Shown here in pieces: positions 54,108 through 63,665 of a DNA stretch of 64,000 bases. The DNA is from Thermodesulfobacteriota bacterium (GTDB taxonomy: Bacteria; Desulfobacterota; Desulfobulbia; Desulfobulbales; SURF-16), in contig JBMONN010000024.1 in the NCBI GenBank assembly GCA_049323935.1, positions 16,926-80,925 on the forward strand, read 5' to 3'. The notes beneath the pieces are model-generated. The model was not told the origin of the DNA. It saw only the letters and a list, made by a program, of their open reading frames with translations, and searched no databases. The stretch's first letter is position 1, and the number at the start of each line of letters is the position of its first letter. Both the position numbers and the translations under genes were made by a program.

Positions 54108-56606
54108 ATGCTGGCCTTTATCGATCAACTGCTGTTCGGCTCAGAAGGTGGTCTCAAACTCGCCGAGTTGCGCAAAATGGTCCATCGGGATTCCTTTTCC
54201 AATTACCTCAACTATGTCGCTTATGATCCGGAAAGCGAAACCTACCGGAACCAGGACAACACAATCGGCATGCTGTGGGAGTGCACGCCGCTTGCCTTTG
54301 CCGGGGTAAAGACCCTGAAAACCCTGGAAGGTCTGTTTCGGGCCGGGCTGCCCATGGATGCGGTGCTGCAGTTCATCTTCCATGCCGATCCCCATGTCGA
54401 GCCGATGCTGGCACTCTTTAAGCGTTCACGCATCCGGAATCATCCGCTGGTGCATGCCAACCTGGAGGCTGTGAGCGCCTTTGTCCGCGGCGGGGTTGAC
54501 GGGGTACATGAAAGCGCCGGCATCCCCATCCGCAATTTCCGGCTGTTTGTGGCGGTCAAGCTGCCGCAGAAAAGCCGGGAGGCCAGAGACAGCGTGATTA
54601 AGGAAATCAAGCGGCAGATCCACGAGACCCTGGCCGCCACGCATCTCCATCCGCGCCACATGGGGCCGGAGCAGCTGCTGGAATGGATCCGTCGTTTCCT
54701 GAACCGCTACCCGCAAGGGTATCCCGACCGCAACATCAGCCAGTATGATCCATACGTGCCGATCCGCAAGCAGATCATCACCAGCGACACGATAATCACA
54801 GACCAGGGTGATTGCCTGAAGGTGGGCGACAAGTATTTCTGCTGCACCACGCCCAAGGTATTTCCCAAGGAGGTAGATCCGCTGCAGACCAATACGCTCT
54901 TCGGCGGCATCTGGGGCCTGATCTCGGACGCCGATCAGATCAAGACCGGTTTCCTCTATGCGGTGAATGTCATTTTCGAACCACTCTCCAGCACCCTGCA
55001 TGCCAAATGCAATCTGGTTCTGCAGCAGGAGGCGGTGGGCTCCTTTTCCCCATCGCTGCGGCGAAAACAGGACGAATACCTGCACGCGGCCGACGATCTC
55101 GATAAAGGCATCCCGTTTGTCAAGGTCATGCCCATACTCTGGACCTGGAGCACGGACAAGGACAAGGCGCTGGATTCCATGGTCCGGGCCAGGCGCATGT
55201 GGGAGAGTTGCGGCTACACCATGCAGCAGGACTGGGGAATTCTGAAGATCATGTTCCTGGCCGCCCTGCCTTTCGGTCTTTACACAGAGGGCAGGACGCT
55301 TGCGAACATCAACCGCGATTTCATCGCCCCGGTGCCCACGGTCACGGCCATTCTGCCGGTGCAGGCTGATTTCGCCGGCGCCGGACTGCCGAAGCTGCTT
55401 TTCCTGGGCCGCAAGGGGCAACTGGCCGGGCTCGATTTCTTCGATGCCGGGGCCATCAACCAGAATGTCTTCTGCTGCGCCAGTTCCGGCAGCGGCAAAA
55501 GCTTTCTGGTCAACTCCATATCGTTCAACTATTACGCCACCGGGGCACTGATCCGCATCGTCGATATCGGCGGCAGCTACAAGAAAATGACCACCATGCT
55601 CGGGGCCCGCTATCTGGACTTCCAGCCGGGCATCCCGGTATGCCTGAATCCTTTCACCCATATCGAAGACCCGGATGAGGAACTCAAAAGCGTCACCGCC
55701 GTTTTCGCCCAGATGGCCTATTCCAACTCCGCCGTGAGCCGGCCGGACGATACCGAAATGAACCTGATCCGCAACGCGGTGCGCTGGGCCTGGCAGCAGG
55801 AAGGCAACAACGCGGACGCCGATACCGTCTACCGTTTTCTATCCCGTTTCCCGGATGTGCCGGAGGCAAACCTTGGCGAGATCGCCGGCAACAAAAACCT
55901 TTCCGAGGCAGCAAGCAAGCTGGCTTTCAATATCCGGGAGTTCACCAGCCAGGGAGCCCATGCCCGTTTCTTCACCGGCCCCTCCACTTTCGACATCCGC
56001 CAGGATGAATTCGTGGTCCTGGAACTGGAGCATCTCAAGGTGCAGCCGGAACTTTACCGGGTGGTGACCCTACTGGTCATCAACGCCGTGACCCAGGACC
56101 TCTACCTCTCGGATCGCTCCCGGCCGCGCTTGATCATCTTTGACGAGGCCTGGCAGTTCATGGGCGAGGCCGCCATGCTGGCCCCGGTCATCAGCGAAGG
56201 TTATCGCCGGGCGCGGAAATACCAGGGCTCGTTCATGGTTATCACCCAGTCGCTCTTTGACCTGAAGAGCTTCGGTGCGGTGGGCGAGGTGATCAAGTCC
56301 AATTCCGCCTTCAAGATCCTGCTGGAATCCCAGGATTTCAGCGTCGCCAAACAGGAAGGACTCATCGATTACGACGATTTTACCACCGAGTTACTCAAAA
56401 GCGTCAAATCCAAGCCGCCGAAATATTCGGAACTCTTTTTCGACACCCCGTTCGGCAATGGCGTGCTGCGGCTGGTGGTCGACCCTTACACCTATTACAT
56501 CTACACCTCCAATCCCCGGGAAATCGCCGCCATGGAAAAACTGGTCAAAGAGGGCAAGGACTATGATCAAGCCATCCGCGAGATGGTGCGTCGTCATCGC
56601 GCTTAG
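54108..56606 (+). CDS. traC: type-F conjugative transfer ATPase TraC (VirB4 family)
   Basis: 832 aa, Walker A CASSGSGKSF, Walker B LIIFDEAWQF. Confidence 0.9.
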   Translation: MLAFIDQLLFGSEGGLKLAELRKMVHRDSFSNYLNYVAYDPESETYRNQDNTIGMLWECTPLAFAGVKTLKTLEGLFRAGLPMDAVLQFIFHADPHVEPMLALFKRSRIRNHPLVHANLEAVSAFVRGGVDGVHESAGIPIRNFRLFVAVKLPQKSREARDSVIKEIKRQIHETLAATHLHPRHMGPEQLLEWIRRFLNRYPQGYPDRNISQYDPYVPIRKQIITSDTIITDQGDCLKVGDKYFCCTTPKVFPKEVDPLQTNTLFGGIWGLISDADQIKTGFLYAVNVIFEPLSSTLHAKCNLVLQQEAVGSFSPSLRRKQDEYLHAADDLDKGIPFVKVMPILWTWSTDKDKALDSMVRARRMWESCGYTMQQDWGILKIMFLAALPFGLYTEGRTLANINRDFIAPVPTVTAILPVQADFAGAGLPKLLFLGRKGQLAGLDFFDAGAINQNVFCCASSGSGKSFLVNSISFNYYATGALIRIVDIGGSYKKMTTMLGARYLDFQPGIPVCLNPFTHIEDPDEELKSVTAVFAQMAYSNSAVSRPDDTEMNLIRNAVRWAWQQEGNNADADTVYRFLSRFPDVPEANLGEIAGNKNLSEAASKLAFNIREFTSQGAHARFFTGPSTFDIRQDEFVVLELEHLKVQPELYRVVTLLVINAVTQDLYLSDRSRPRLIIFDEAWQFMGEAAMLAPVISEGYRRARKYQGSFMVITQSLFDLKSFGAVGEVIKSNSAFKILLESQDFSVAKQEGLIDYDDFTTELLKSVKSKPPKYSELFFDTPFGNGVLRLVVDPYTYYIYTSNPREIAAMEKLVKEGKDYDQAIREMVRRHRA

Positions 56607-59058
56607 TGTGCTCTCTCAAGCCCGTTATGTGATGGCGGCTGATCCGACCTCGGCGGCTCGTGACGCAGCTGGCGCAGCGCTTAAGCAATTCGGATCAAGC
56701 GAGGCCATCCGCCGGAATGCCTCCCTGCCGCTCACTTCAGGCGAAACGCAGCTCTCGACCATCGACGGATCGGATGCCGCCGCCGTGCAGATCAGCCATC
56801 CCTCATCTTCAGCCTTTCTCACGGTCGCTGTCCAGAGAGCTGCCAGCGGCGATCTCACCCCGGTCCGGGTACGACAGGATCTCGATTTCGACGGCACTTT
56901 CGACTACAGCTATCAGCCTCCCTTGCCGATCTCCGGCATCTGCGCCAACGGTGTCATATCCTGTGATGTCGGCACCTGGGATCATTGCCGGACCTATAGC
57001 TGGATCAGCGACTGCGCCGGACGCGCGAATCTGACGGCCAGCCCCATGAGCACCCTGGCCGGCTGCTATTGTGTGAACCAGAGCTGCGGCAGCCCCGGCA
57101 ATCCGCGGGACATACTCAAGGACCTGGGCGGCGGTGCGGTGGCGGTGGTGCAGGAACGGAAAAGCGGGTATGCCGTGTCCAGGGTCGAGCTGACCGATTC
57201 CGCCATCAGCTATTACGGCCAGAACAACAGCGGCTCCCAAACAGGCGTGATGCCGCAGTCAGCATATTTTAACCAGCCCTCCACCATGGCCGGTGACGTC
57301 GATGCCGTAGTGGCAAACCAAACCGCCGATCCTGGCAGCTACTATTCCATGGTGAGCACCAGCATGGCCGAGCGGGGAGCCGCCACCAGTTTGCAGTCCT
57401 GCAGCATAAACCGTATTGTCACGGTGGAACAACTCTCACGGTCCTGCCCTGACGGCAAGCCACCCGACCCGATCTCGGGCCTATGCGTCGAATGGCGAGG
57501 ATCGGGGTCTTCTTCCGGGTATATATTTTTGTCCATCCCCGGTACCGTCCAAATAGCAAATGACCGGATACGACTCTCGATCGACAACATTGGTACAGGG
57601 AGTTGGGTCGAACTCAGAGGCACCGGCATCTCCCAGGCAGCATTTTTTTTCATCGAAGTGGCGGATAACCGCATACGCGCTGGCACTACCAGGTTTGGCA
57701 CGGGGGCCTGGATAAATTTGACCGGCTCCGGCAGGTCACAGGCGCCTTTCTTCGGGATCGAGGTTTCAGACGGTCGATTACGCTTTATCAGTATAGGAGG
57801 CAGCGTCGGCCAATGGGTTCGCTTTCTTTCCGAAAGCGATGCCGTCTGCACATACAAGGCGGCAGATACCATTAACGACCTGTGCAGCGCCATGGCAGAT
57901 AATCCAGATTGTTCCCTGCAGGAAGAAACCGTGGACTCGGTACAAATCTTCCGGAACTTCCAGCCTACCGGCCTTGCTCCGCTACCCTCGGTCAGAAGCT
58001 TCACCGCCTCATCGCCCTGTAACGCCGGTGAGCCGCCCTATGGCATGACCATTACCAGGAACTGGTGGCGGAAGGATCGCACTTACGTCTGCACCGGAAA
58101 CAACAATTTCGATTTCAGCGATGCCGCACGCAGGGTGGACACCATTACCAGTTCGGTTGAAGACAATACGCCATCCCGGGCGAACTTCGCTTTTACCGAT
58201 GCCAGAAAGGATCATGAGACCGGGGCATGGACGGTGGATGAGCAGACCGTGACCATCCCCGAGCTTGATCCGCCGCCTGACTGTGAAATGGTCTGCAAGA
58301 CGAGAAAGCAGGTAGAGGACAGCCAGGCTGGTGTAAACGGAGTGAGCACCGATTATCAGAATTCACCCACCAGGTACGACATTTTTTATCATGTCTGCGA
58401 TCTTGATAACAATTGCCCGAAAGGACCCGGAGAGGTCATCGTGGATGACTGCCGGTGTCTTGACGAATTCGCCGAAGCTGCTGCTGCCATGACGGTGCTT
58501 GACGAGGCTGGCCGCGACATGACATGTATCGATGGAGGAACCACCGCCAGCGGAGATTGTCTGGGTGAAATCAGAATCTTTGACGGCAGACGTTCGGAAT
58601 GTCTTGAGAACGGCTGGTCTACCTCATTTTTCAACTGCTGTGATGATTCGGCCGGCAGCTTTCTGTTTCTCAAGGAACATTGCCCTGACGCCAGCATCGA
58701 AACGGTTCAGGCCAAACAGGCGGGACGGGCTCATTATATCGGCACCTACTGCAAAAAAGACGTTCTGTTTATCGGCTGCGTGCAGGAGGCGGAAACATAC
58801 TGCTTGTTCAACTCCAAGCTTGGCCGGATCATCCATGAACAGGGCCGCATGCAACTGCAGAAATTCAACCCCAACGGCAACTGGGGCTCGGCACGTTCAC
58901 CCAACTGCGAAGGTTTCACCCCGGAAGAGTTTCAGATGCTTGATTTCTCGAAGATGGACTTTTCTGAGGTGTTTGGCGACATCGTGCCCTTGCCTGCGGC
59001 CCTGATGGAAAACGATGTCCAGGGTGCGATCAACGATTTCCAGAACAAGATGCGGTGA
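56563..59058 (+). CDS. traN: mating-pair stabilisation protein TraN (enlarged, about 830 aa)
   Basis: Signal peptide, many Cys, and the C-terminal TraN hallmark FFNCCDD...GCVQEAETYCLFNSKLGRIIHEQGRMQL...WGSARSPNCEGFTPEEFQMLDFSKMDFSEVF. Confidence 0.8.
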   Translation: MIKPSARWCVVIALSVLSQARYVMAADPTSAARDAAGAALKQFGSSEAIRRNASLPLTSGETQLSTIDGSDAAAVQISHPSSSAFLTVAVQRAASGDLTPVRVRQDLDFDGTFDYSYQPPLPISGICANGVISCDVGTWDHCRTYSWISDCAGRANLTASPMSTLAGCYCVNQSCGSPGNPRDILKDLGGGAVAVVQERKSGYAVSRVELTDSAISYYGQNNSGSQTGVMPQSAYFNQPSTMAGDVDAVVANQTADPGSYYSMVSTSMAERGAATSLQSCSINRIVTVEQLSRSCPDGKPPDPISGLCVEWRGSGSSSGYIFLSIPGTVQIANDRIRLSIDNIGTGSWVELRGTGISQAAFFFIEVADNRIRAGTTRFGTGAWINLTGSGRSQAPFFGIEVSDGRLRFISIGGSVGQWVRFLSESDAVCTYKAADTINDLCSAMADNPDCSLQEETVDSVQIFRNFQPTGLAPLPSVRSFTASSPCNAGEPPYGMTITRNWWRKDRTYVCTGNNNFDFSDAARRVDTITSSVEDNTPSRANFAFTDARKDHETGAWTVDEQTVTIPELDPPPDCEMVCKTRKQVEDSQAGVNGVSTDYQNSPTRYDIFYHVCDLDNNCPKGPGEVIVDDCRCLDEFAEAAAAMTVLDEAGRDMTCIDGGTTASGDCLGEIRIFDGRRSECLENGWSTSFFNCCDDSAGSFLFLKEHCPDASIETVQAKQAGRAHYIGTYCKKDVLFIGCVQEAETYCLFNSKLGRIIHEQGRMQLQKFNPNGNWGSARSPNCEGFTPEEFQMLDFSKMDFSEVFGDIVPLPAALMENDVQGAINDFQNKMR

Positions 59059-59160
59059 GGGGGGATTATATTTTGTCTGAAAAGTGCGCTTGAAGTCATA
59101 ACCTGTTGCAAACAGCATATAACTTTTCCATCGAAGAAACTGCTTGACCTTAACCTTGTT

Positions 59161-59210
59161 ATGGATAAAATTACTTACACAAGTTAATAAGTGTAAGGAT
59201 ATTTATCCAT
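59161..59210. promoter_or_regulatory. 50-bp near-perfect palindrome overlapping the abiEi start codon (candidate AbiEi operator)
   Basis: ATGGATAAAATTACTTACAC - aagttaataa - GTGTAAGGATATTTATCCAT. The 20-nt arms match at 17 of 20 positions. The right arm ends in the ATG at 59209. Confidence 0.5.
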
Positions 59211-59829
59211 GGAAAAACGTTCGGAACAACAAACTGCTCATGATAAAGCAATGCTGATCCTGAAAGAGCATGGAGGAACCCTGCGAACAGGCGAGGCTCT
59301 CAAGGCCGGAATTCACCCAAGGGTTCTTTACTCTCTTCGGGATCAAGAAAAAATCGAACAGGTATCGCGTGGCGTATACAGACTTTCCAACCTGCCCCCT
59401 ATATCAAACCCGGATCTCGTATCCGTCGCCCTTCGGGTTCCCAAGGCTGTGATTTGTCTGATTTCAGCACTTTCTTTCCATCACCTCACAACCCAGGTTC
59501 CTCATAAGGTTGCCATTGCGCTTGAAAGAGGGACTGAATCCCCCAGGATTGATTTTCCTCCTGTTTCCATTCACCGGTTCACCAAGGAAGCCTATTATGC
59601 CGGCGTCGAAAAACACGAAATCGATGGGGTGGAAATTCTCGTCTATAGCCCGGAAAAGACAATTGCCGATTGTTTCAAATTCCGCAACAAACTGGGGCTC
59701 GATGTCGTCCTGGAAGCTCTCAAACTCTATAAGGAAAGGGGGAGACTCAATACAGAAGAACTGATGCGGTATGGGCATATATGCCGGGTGTCGAAGATCA
59801 TGAAGCCATACCTGGAGGCGATGGTATGA
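59209..59829 (+). CDS. abiEi: type IV toxin-antitoxin system antitoxin AbiEi
   Basis: N-terminal wHTH LRTGEALKAGIHPRVLYSLRDQEKIEQVSRGVYRL. 206 aa; ATGA overlap with the next gene. Confidence 0.8.
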   Translation: MEKRSEQQTAHDKAMLILKEHGGTLRTGEALKAGIHPRVLYSLRDQEKIEQVSRGVYRLSNLPPISNPDLVSVALRVPKAVICLISALSFHHLTTQVPHKVAIALERGTESPRIDFPPVSIHRFTKEAYYAGVEKHEIDGVEILVYSPEKTIADCFKFRNKLGLDVVLEALKLYKERGRLNTEELMRYGHICRVSKIMKPYLEAMV

Positions 59830-60743
59830 ATGGAAAAACTCCGAAAAATATTGCCGCCTCGGTCCGTCAACGCTTGCTCAACAAGGCCAGACACGACAAG
59901 CGCCCCTTTAATGAACTGCTGCAATTCTTTGCCATTGAGCGTTTTCTATTCAGGTTGTCGCAGTCACCTCATGCGGAAAAGTTTATTTTAAAAGGCGCAT
60001 TGATGCTCAGAGCCTGGCAGGCCCCCTTCTTTCGGCCAACCATGGACATAGACATGCTCGGCCGGAACACCAGAAACGAGGTAGAAAAGATCATAAAGCA
60101 GATACGCGAGATCTGCCAGGTTTCGGTTGAACCTGAAGACGGATTGCAATTCGATACGGGCAATATTGCCGGGGAGAGAATCACCGAGGACGCCGATTAT
60201 GAAGGCGTGCGGGTGCGATTTACCGCCCGGCTTGAAACGACCAGAATTCCAATGCAGATTGATATCGGCTTTGGCGACGTGGTTGTCCCAGGTCCCCAGG
60301 TGGCGATCCTTCCCGCTATTCTGGATTTTCCCCCACCTCAACTGATTGGTTACAGCCTGGAGAGTGCTATTGCTGAAAAATTCGAGGCAATGGTAAAGCT
60401 GGGCGAATTGAACAGTCGCATGAAGGACTTTTATGATATCTGGCTGCTTTCCAGACAATTCGATTTCATGGGTGAGCGACTCAAGGACGCGATGTCCGAA
60501 ACATTGAAAAATCGTGGGACAAATCTTCCATCCGAAATTGTTGCATTCTCAAATTCTTTCCTTTCGATGAAAAGCGGACAATGGCAGGCTTTTCACAGAA
60601 GACTCGGACAAGAAAACATTCCTGCGGATTTTGCCGAGATCATACGCCAAGTTAAAATTTTCCTTTATCCAATTGTGGAATCCATTCGGTCAGGTATGGC
60701 AACGCCTTCCAGTTGGGAAGCGCCCGGTCCTTGGGAATCATAG
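59826..60743 (+). CDS. abiEii: AbiEii/AbiGii family nucleotidyltransferase toxin
   Basis: SVRQRLLNKARHDKRPFNELLQFFAIERFLFRLSQSP...FILKGALML N-terminal signature, and DIDMLG/DIGFGD nucleotidyltransferase acidic motifs. Confidence 0.85.
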   Translation: MNGKTPKNIAASVRQRLLNKARHDKRPFNELLQFFAIERFLFRLSQSPHAEKFILKGALMLRAWQAPFFRPTMDIDMLGRNTRNEVEKIIKQIREICQVSVEPEDGLQFDTGNIAGERITEDADYEGVRVRFTARLETTRIPMQIDIGFGDVVVPGPQVAILPAILDFPPPQLIGYSLESAIAEKFEAMVKLGELNSRMKDFYDIWLLSRQFDFMGERLKDAMSETLKNRGTNLPSEIVAFSNSFLSMKSGQWQAFHRRLGQENIPADFAEIIRQVKIFLYPIVESIRSGMATPSSWEAPGPWES

Positions 60744-60820
60744 ACATTCCTTCAGAGCTTCAATCTGTCCCAAATTTTCCCCTTTCAATCCTAAAACGTC
60801 ACATCCCTGGAAAAAAGTGA

Positions 60821-60856
60821 GTAGCGGACCATAGCCGCTACATCTGAACTTTTTAT
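60821..60856 (+). terminator. weak candidate terminator after abiEii
   Basis: GTAGCGG accatag CCGCTAC, then ATCTGAACTTTTT. The T-run is 9 nt from the stem. Confidence 0.3.
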
Positions 60857-60871
60857 GCCGGCAGGGGAGAC

Positions 60872-61495
60872 GTGCGTTTTCAAGCAATCTTTGTAACAGC
60901 AATATTTATCTGTATGTTGGATGCCGATGTCTCTTTTGCCAGGCATCTCGGCACGGTGGGGCACGTTTATCCCGTTGTGGAGCCGGGCGCTTTGGCCGAG
61001 ATCCAGGAAGCGGCTGCGCGGGTGGACTGGGAAAAGGCAATCGACCGGCAGAAGAAGCTGGCGATGATCAAGAATTTCAGGCCCAGTGATCTGCATCCTT
61101 TGCCGGTTTCAAAGGAGGACAGGTCCTTCCTGGTTGACATGACCTACACCCTGGATAGCGATATACCGGCCGGGAAGGGCGGTGTGCTGTATCCCAGGGG
61201 CTTTTCTTTCAATCCCCTGGACTATGTCAGCCTCACGAGTACCCTGGTGGTGATCGATGCGGATGACCGGCGTCAGGTCGACTGGTTCAAGACCTCGCCA
61301 TATGCCGAGGATTACCGGACCCGGTTGATTCTCTCCGGTGGTGATTACTACGATCTCTCCGAGGAGCTTGACCGGCCTGTCTTTTATCTCATGGATACCG
61401 TTGCCCGACGGTTGAAGCTCGCGGCCGTGCCGTCGGTTATCCGGCAGCAGGATAATATGCTGCTGGTGCGGGAGGTAATGCTTCCTCATGAGTAG
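60872..61495 (+). CDS. traW: type-F conjugative transfer protein TraW
   Basis: Signal peptide, LGTVGHVYPVVEPGALAEIQE motif typical of TraW. GTG start. Confidence 0.8.
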   Translation: MRFQAIFVTAIFICMLDADVSFARHLGTVGHVYPVVEPGALAEIQEAAARVDWEKAIDRQKKLAMIKNFRPSDLHPLPVSKEDRSFLVDMTYTLDSDIPAGKGGVLYPRGFSFNPLDYVSLTSTLVVIDADDRRQVDWFKTSPYAEDYRTRLILSGGDYYDLSEELDRPVFYLMDTVARRLKLAAVPSVIRQQDNMLLVREVMLPHE

Positions 61496-62495
61496 ATATA
61501 TCGTAATTATCGCGTTTTTCCTGATTACGTTTTGGCCTCCTGGTTCCAATGCAGCCGTCAAGAGCGGCCAGTTCGTCAATCCCATCACCGATATCGCCTG
61601 GCAGGAGATCTTCCCGATCAAGATCGCGGGTATCACCATTGCCGGAGCATCCGGCAATTACGACACCCCTGATCCGGCATCAAGTCCGGTCTGTGTCTGC
61701 CCGGCCCCGCCTCCCATCTTTTATCGGATCGGTATTTCCGTGAGTTTCTGGGAGCCGGCCCGGATGATCGAGACCGTGGCCACGCCATACTATTTCCCCT
61801 CCCTTGGTTTTGGCCTTGACCTGGCCTCCACCAAGGGGTTTCTGTCGGGTAAGAACCATAGCTTGAATGATGCCCTGCCGGATCAATCCACTTTTGCCCA
61901 GGCCCATTATCTGCTTTTCCCGGTCTGGAGCATACTGGGTCTGTTAACCGATTTTGTCTGCGTCGAGCATTCCGGTTTTGACGTGGCCTATATCACCGAG
62001 ATCGACCCGCTCTGGCAGGACGACGAACTGGCCTTTATCATCCAGCCGGAGGCCCTGCTTTTTGCCAACCCATTCGCCCAGATGGCCTGTATTGCCGATT
62101 CGGTGGCGGTCAATGCCTACCGCCCCCTGGAAGCCCTTTACTGGTGCGTGGGCAGCGGCGGTTCCACCTATCCCATGACCGGCCATGTTGATGACGACAA
62201 CATCATTCAGGCTAACTCCACCATCGCGGCCCGAATGATCTATAAACTCGCACGGGAACTGCTGATCTGCGACACCGGCCTGAATCTCTGTTACTGCGTA
62301 CCGACGCCTATCTGGTACAAGCCCAATTACAAGCTGCAGGCCGTCCGCCCGGCGGTGAACAAAAAGGCCTGGCCCATCGGCAAGAGTGCCTTTTTTTACG
62401 GTGCCAATCTCAATCCGCCTTACCGGAGCGGCAAGGGGCCGGGAGATGAATTTCTGTGGATGGTTTTCAGGAAAAGGGCATGTTGCGCGTTTTAA
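61488..62495 (+). CDS. traU: type-F conjugative transfer protein TraU
   Basis: FVNPITDIAWQEIFPIKIAG, PVCVCPAPPP, SFWEPARMIETV...YYFPSLG TraU blocks. Confidence 0.9.
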   Translation: MSRYIVIIAFFLITFWPPGSNAAVKSGQFVNPITDIAWQEIFPIKIAGITIAGASGNYDTPDPASSPVCVCPAPPPIFYRIGISVSFWEPARMIETVATPYYFPSLGFGLDLASTKGFLSGKNHSLNDALPDQSTFAQAHYLLFPVWSILGLLTDFVCVEHSGFDVAYITEIDPLWQDDELAFIIQPEALLFANPFAQMACIADSVAVNAYRPLEALYWCVGSGGSTYPMTGHVDDDNIIQANSTIAARMIYKLARELLICDTGLNLCYCVPTPIWYKPNYKLQAVRPAVNKKAWPIGKSAFFYGANLNPPYRSGKGPGDEFLWMVFRKRACCAF

Positions 62496-63328
62496 AGAGG
62501 ATAACCGTCATGGCCGGGGCGATGATCCTTCTCGCCCTTTATCTTGCTGCCGGGCATGCATTTGCCGGCGGCAAGTCAGTCAATGATCTCAAGATGAATG
62601 ACATCGCCGGCGTTTTGCAGGAGGCTCAGGAGAAAGCAAAGGAACTGCAGCTTTCGGAACAGTACCCGGCGGATGACTGTGGCTGCCAGGATGCGGCAGG
62701 AAAGCTCATGGATAAATTCAACGCACCGGACCATCAGGCCAAGATGCGCGACGAGCAGCAGCGGCTGCGGGAAACCATATTCAAGGACATCCTCACCGAA
62801 TTCATGCCGCAAGGCGAGCAACATTCACCGCCCGATACAGCCTCCAACTCGGCACAACTCTATCTTTTTGTCTCAAGTTCGGTACCGCTCACCACGCTGC
62901 GCAACTATGCGGCCATGATTGACCATGCCCGCTCCGGCCAGGTGACCATGGTACTGCGGGGTTTTGTCGGCGGCATGAAGGAAATCCGGCCTACCATGGA
63001 ATTTATCGGCGAAATCCTGAAAAAAGACCCGGCCTGCGATTTCATGGAAGAAAAATACCCCGCAAGGAGGCATAAATGCGACAGCTACCAGGTGAATATC
63101 CAGGTCGATCCACTGCTTTTCCAGCGCTTTGCCATTGATGAAGTGCCTGCCCTGGCATATTTGCCGGTCAGTGAGAGCGATACCGAAGGAAAGGAGGCAG
63201 AACCGCTGATCGTAAACGGCGATGCGGGCCTGGATTACCTGCTGGAACGAATAAACAGAGAGGCCAAGCGCGCGGATCTCAACAGGCTTATTGCCGCTTT
63301 GCGAGGCAGAACAGGGAATGGAAATTGA
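62480..63328 (+). CDS. trbC: type-F pilin assembly protein TrbC
   Basis: Signal peptide, LYLFVSSSVPLTTLRNYA...VLRGFVGG, IDEVPALAY motifs. Confidence 0.75.
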   Translation: MLRVLKRITVMAGAMILLALYLAAGHAFAGGKSVNDLKMNDIAGVLQEAQEKAKELQLSEQYPADDCGCQDAAGKLMDKFNAPDHQAKMRDEQQRLRETIFKDILTEFMPQGEQHSPPDTASNSAQLYLFVSSSVPLTTLRNYAAMIDHARSGQVTMVLRGFVGGMKEIRPTMEFIGEILKKDPACDFMEEKYPARRHKCDSYQVNIQVDPLLFQRFAIDEVPALAYLPVSESDTEGKEAEPLIVNGDAGLDYLLERINREAKRADLNRLIAALRGRTGNGN

Positions 63329-63329
63329 A

Positions 63330-63665
63330 ATGAACGACAAGTCAGACGGAAAAACAAAACCTACTCCCAAAAAACATGGGCCCGGTTTTATAGCCGCCGC
63401 CTTTATCGCCTTGGTGGTGAGCCTTGTCACGACCATAGGCGTTGTCACGTTCTATGACCGGCGATACGCTCAGAAAATCGTGACCATGGATTTGCAGGGG
63501 TATATCCGTGACCAGCGGGACAAGGCGGTCAGCGGCGCAATATCCGATGCAGAGTTGCGCAAGAACATCGATGCCATGGAAGCGGCACTGCTGGCTGCAC
63601 CGCCCAATCACATTGTGCTCTTGAAAGAGGTGGTACTGAGGAATGCCGGGGAAATCAAACCTTAA
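63330..63665 (+). CDS. small single-TM protein, TrbI(F-type)-like
   Basis: 111 aa, TM FIAAAFIALVVSLVTTIGVV, then IVTMDLQGYIRDQ...VLLKEVVL. Size and position resemble F-type TrbI. Confidence 0.45.
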   Translation: MNDKSDGKTKPTPKKHGPGFIAAAFIALVVSLVTTIGVVTFYDRRYAQKIVTMDLQGYIRDQRDKAVSGAISDAELRKNIDAMEAALLAAPPNHIVLLKEVVLRNAGEIKP

